This document shows positions 6,457 through 7,739 of a DNA stretch of 7,739 bases, piece by piece. A program made the translations under genes and the position numbers. The stretch is from the IMG/VR virus record IMGVR_UViG_2698536337_000010. The stretch is one strand, 5' to 3'. Numbering within the stretch: the stretch's first letter is position 1; every line of letters starts with the position of its first letter. Below the pieces are notes generated by a model. It was not told the DNA's origin. It searched no databases and worked only from the letters and a program-made list of their open reading frames with translations. The DNA is from a virus (Duplodnaviria > Heunggongvirae > Uroviricota > Caudoviricetes).

Positions 6457-7409
6457 TAAAACATTCCTCCACCATAAACACGTCTGACTTTAACTTTTTC
6501 TTTCTTTGGCTCGGTGTGAGTTTTCTTTTTTGGTGTAAAAGTAAAATCATCGTCACTATCATCAAAGTCATCGAGGTCACTAACCTTGTTCTTTAGCTTC
6601 GCATTTCTGAATCTTTCTTTAATTTCTGCTTTACGCTGTTCACGTTTCAATTCCTTTTCAGGGTCTTCTTCATCATCAAGGTCAACATCCGGTAATTCAT
6701 CATCAGTGGCGGGGCACTGTGTGTTTTTATGGTCACTACTAGCAATCACATCAGAGATTTTATCTTCCTTTTTAACGACCTCTTTAGCAGCTTCACTATC
6801 AAGGTCATCTAAGTCAGATGTTTTAACAGTCTCTTTAATAGCCTCTTCAATACCAAGAGAATCACATTCATGTGAATCACAGAGCGAAGCTCCCTTCTTA
6901 AAATATTCTTCTTCAAAGTCATCTTCTTTATTGTTATTAATAAGTTCTTTCTTGTTATTACTGTTATTATACGTGTCAAAGATTTTGACTGACTGAGTAA
7001 AAAATTTTGACTCAGTGGGTAAAGAATTTTGACTCAGTGGGTCATCTTTCTTGACTGACTGAGTAACTTTAGACTCCAGCTTTGCCTTTCTGGCTTCCTT
7101 AGCTGTAAGCTCTGTTAAAACCTCCGGTACTTCATCAAGTGAATAAACTTTAATAACACACTGATTGCTTGCAACGTTAGTTTTCTTGATTAAACCATGT
7201 GCCTCAAGTTGTTTCATACATGCAATCACGGATGTTCTTGTGATTCCAGCATACTGACCAAGATGAGCATATGAAGGGGTATAATATTGCCCCTTATCGT
7301 GATAAAACTTTTGTTCATTCAACATGACAGTGTAAATAATACGGTCGGCAGCTTTAACGCCATTAGTCATCTGATAAATACGGTCATCAAACATGTGGAA
7401 TTTTTCCAT
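6456..7409 (-). CDS. Replication initiator (lambda O / replisome-organiser-like, 317 aa): N-terminal helix-turn-helix domain plus a long acidic low-complexity C-terminal region
   Basis: ATG at 7409 with SD AAAGGAAAA (the track's 7466 start is a TTG lying inside a terminator hairpin). N-terminal about 100 aa contain an HTH-like segment (YAHLGQYAGITRTSVIACMKQLEAHGLIKK). The gene contains an iteron array and AT-rich tract. C-terminal about 200 aa are D/E/K-rich with repeated SDLDD-like motifs. Confidence 0.75.
   Translation of the reverse strand: MEKFHMFDDRIYQMTNGVKAADRIIYTVMLNEQKFYHDKGQYYTPSYAHLGQYAGITRTSVIACMKQLEAHGLIKKTNVASNQCVIKVYSLDEVPEVLTELTAKEARKAKLESKVTQSVKKDDPLSQNSLPTESKFFTQSVKIFDTYNNSNNKKELINNNKEDDFEEEYFKKGASLCDSHECDSLGIEEAIKETVKTSDLDDLDSEAAKEVVKKEDKISDVIASSDHKNTQCPATDDELPDVDLDDEEDPEKELKREQRKAEIKERFRNAKLKNKVSDLDDFDDSDDDFTFTPKKKTHTEPKKEKVKVRRVYGGGMF
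6983..7070. repeat. Four 22-bp phased iterons (origin-like) inside the replication initiator gene, flanked by an AT-rich tract (about 6900-6982)
   Basis: TTGACT cores at 6985, 7007, 7029 and 7051, exactly 22 bp apart. Units are TTTTGACTGACTGAGTAAAAAA / TTTTGACTCAGTGGGTAAAGAA / TTTTGACTCAGTGGGTCATCTT / TCTTGACTGACTGAGTAACTTT, an A-B-B-A arrangement in which A and B contain mutually inverted ACTGAGT / ACTCAGT cores. Confidence 0.7.
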
Positions 7410-7423
7410 TATATTTTCCTTTT

Positions 7424-7470
7424 TAAAAATAAAACAAAGAAAGGGCTGACCACGTATAGTGACCAACCCC
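7424..7470 (-). terminator. Intrinsic-terminator-like hairpin plus U-tract immediately upstream of the replication gene (tR1-like position)
   Basis: Minus RNA: GGGUUGGUCAC-uauac-GUGGUCAGCCC (11 bp including 3 G-U pairs) followed by UUUCUUUGUUUUAUUUUU, ending about 15 nt before the SD of the replication gene. The G-U pairs become C-A mismatches on the plus strand, so the element is minus-strand specific. Confidence 0.5.
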
Positions 7471-7479
7471 AGAGGGAGT

Positions 7480-7739
7480 GAATTAATTAGAAGATGGACT
7501 GATAAAGGAACTCAGAAGCCTGAGCGATTACGCGAGTATTAACAGCAAAAGGAAAAGCCTTGATTGAATAAGAGGCCGTGAAAATCTGTCAATACCCTGA
7601 CGCCTCCCAACGTTGTAACCTCTTAATGTTCTGAGTTCTTTTATCACCCCATATAAAAACTATAACAGATGTGATTATAAATTGCAACAATTATTTCACA
7701 GAATAATTACTGATTGGTCATTTATTGTTCACAGGGATA
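7480..7739. promoter_or_regulatory. Non-coding AT-rich region at the right edge with candidate promoter hexamers and direct repeats (early regulatory region, truncated by the window)
   Basis: No ORF of plausible size on either strand. Minus strand has a perfect TATAAT (plus 7674-7679) with a poor -35, and a perfect TTGACA (plus 7587-7592) with a poor -10 (TATTCA). Direct repeats TTATTTCACAG / TTATTGTTCACAG lie 33 bp apart (TTCACAG at 7695-7701 and 7728-7734). Confidence 0.3.

Noticed and set aside
6586-6996. Plus-strand ORF 6586..6996 (136 aa, Ser/Leu-rich)
   Set aside because: Antisense shadow of the acidic repeat region of the replication gene; its low-complexity product is a by-product of the opposite-strand D/E/K-rich coding.
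6983-7070. Iteron array considered as a possible CRISPR array
   Set aside because: Only four units, no unique spacers, it sits inside a coding sequence, and 22-bp phasing is typical of origin iterons.
7287-7481. Plus-strand ORF 7287..7481
   Set aside because: Antisense to the replication gene N-terminus and running through the terminator-like hairpin; no start signals.

Overview
Phage-derived segment (about 40% GC by eye) with nearly all genes on the minus strand; no known defence system, tRNA, CRISPR, integrase or transposase was recognised. Reading right to left (direction of transcription): an AT-rich non-coding region ending in an intrinsic-terminator-like hairpin; a lambda-O-like replication initiator gene that carries four 22-bp phased iterons plus an AT-rich tract inside its own coding sequence; a gene interrupted by a 179-nt N gap; a divergent plus-strand small membrane protein gene with its own near-consensus promoter; a block of five short translationally coupled ORFs, the first a probable tandem ribbon-helix-helix (RHH) protein; a 236-aa and 68-aa ORF pair; a 726-aa tail tape-measure protein (TMP) gene; and a frame-disrupted gene running off the left edge. 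The most unusual points are the direct juxtaposition of a replication module and a tape-measure gene about 3.4 kb apart with no packaging or head genes between them, and the unrecognisable small-gene block in that interval, which is the best candidate for an undescribed accessory system. All functional calls are from reading the sequence by eye; no database search or folding was run.
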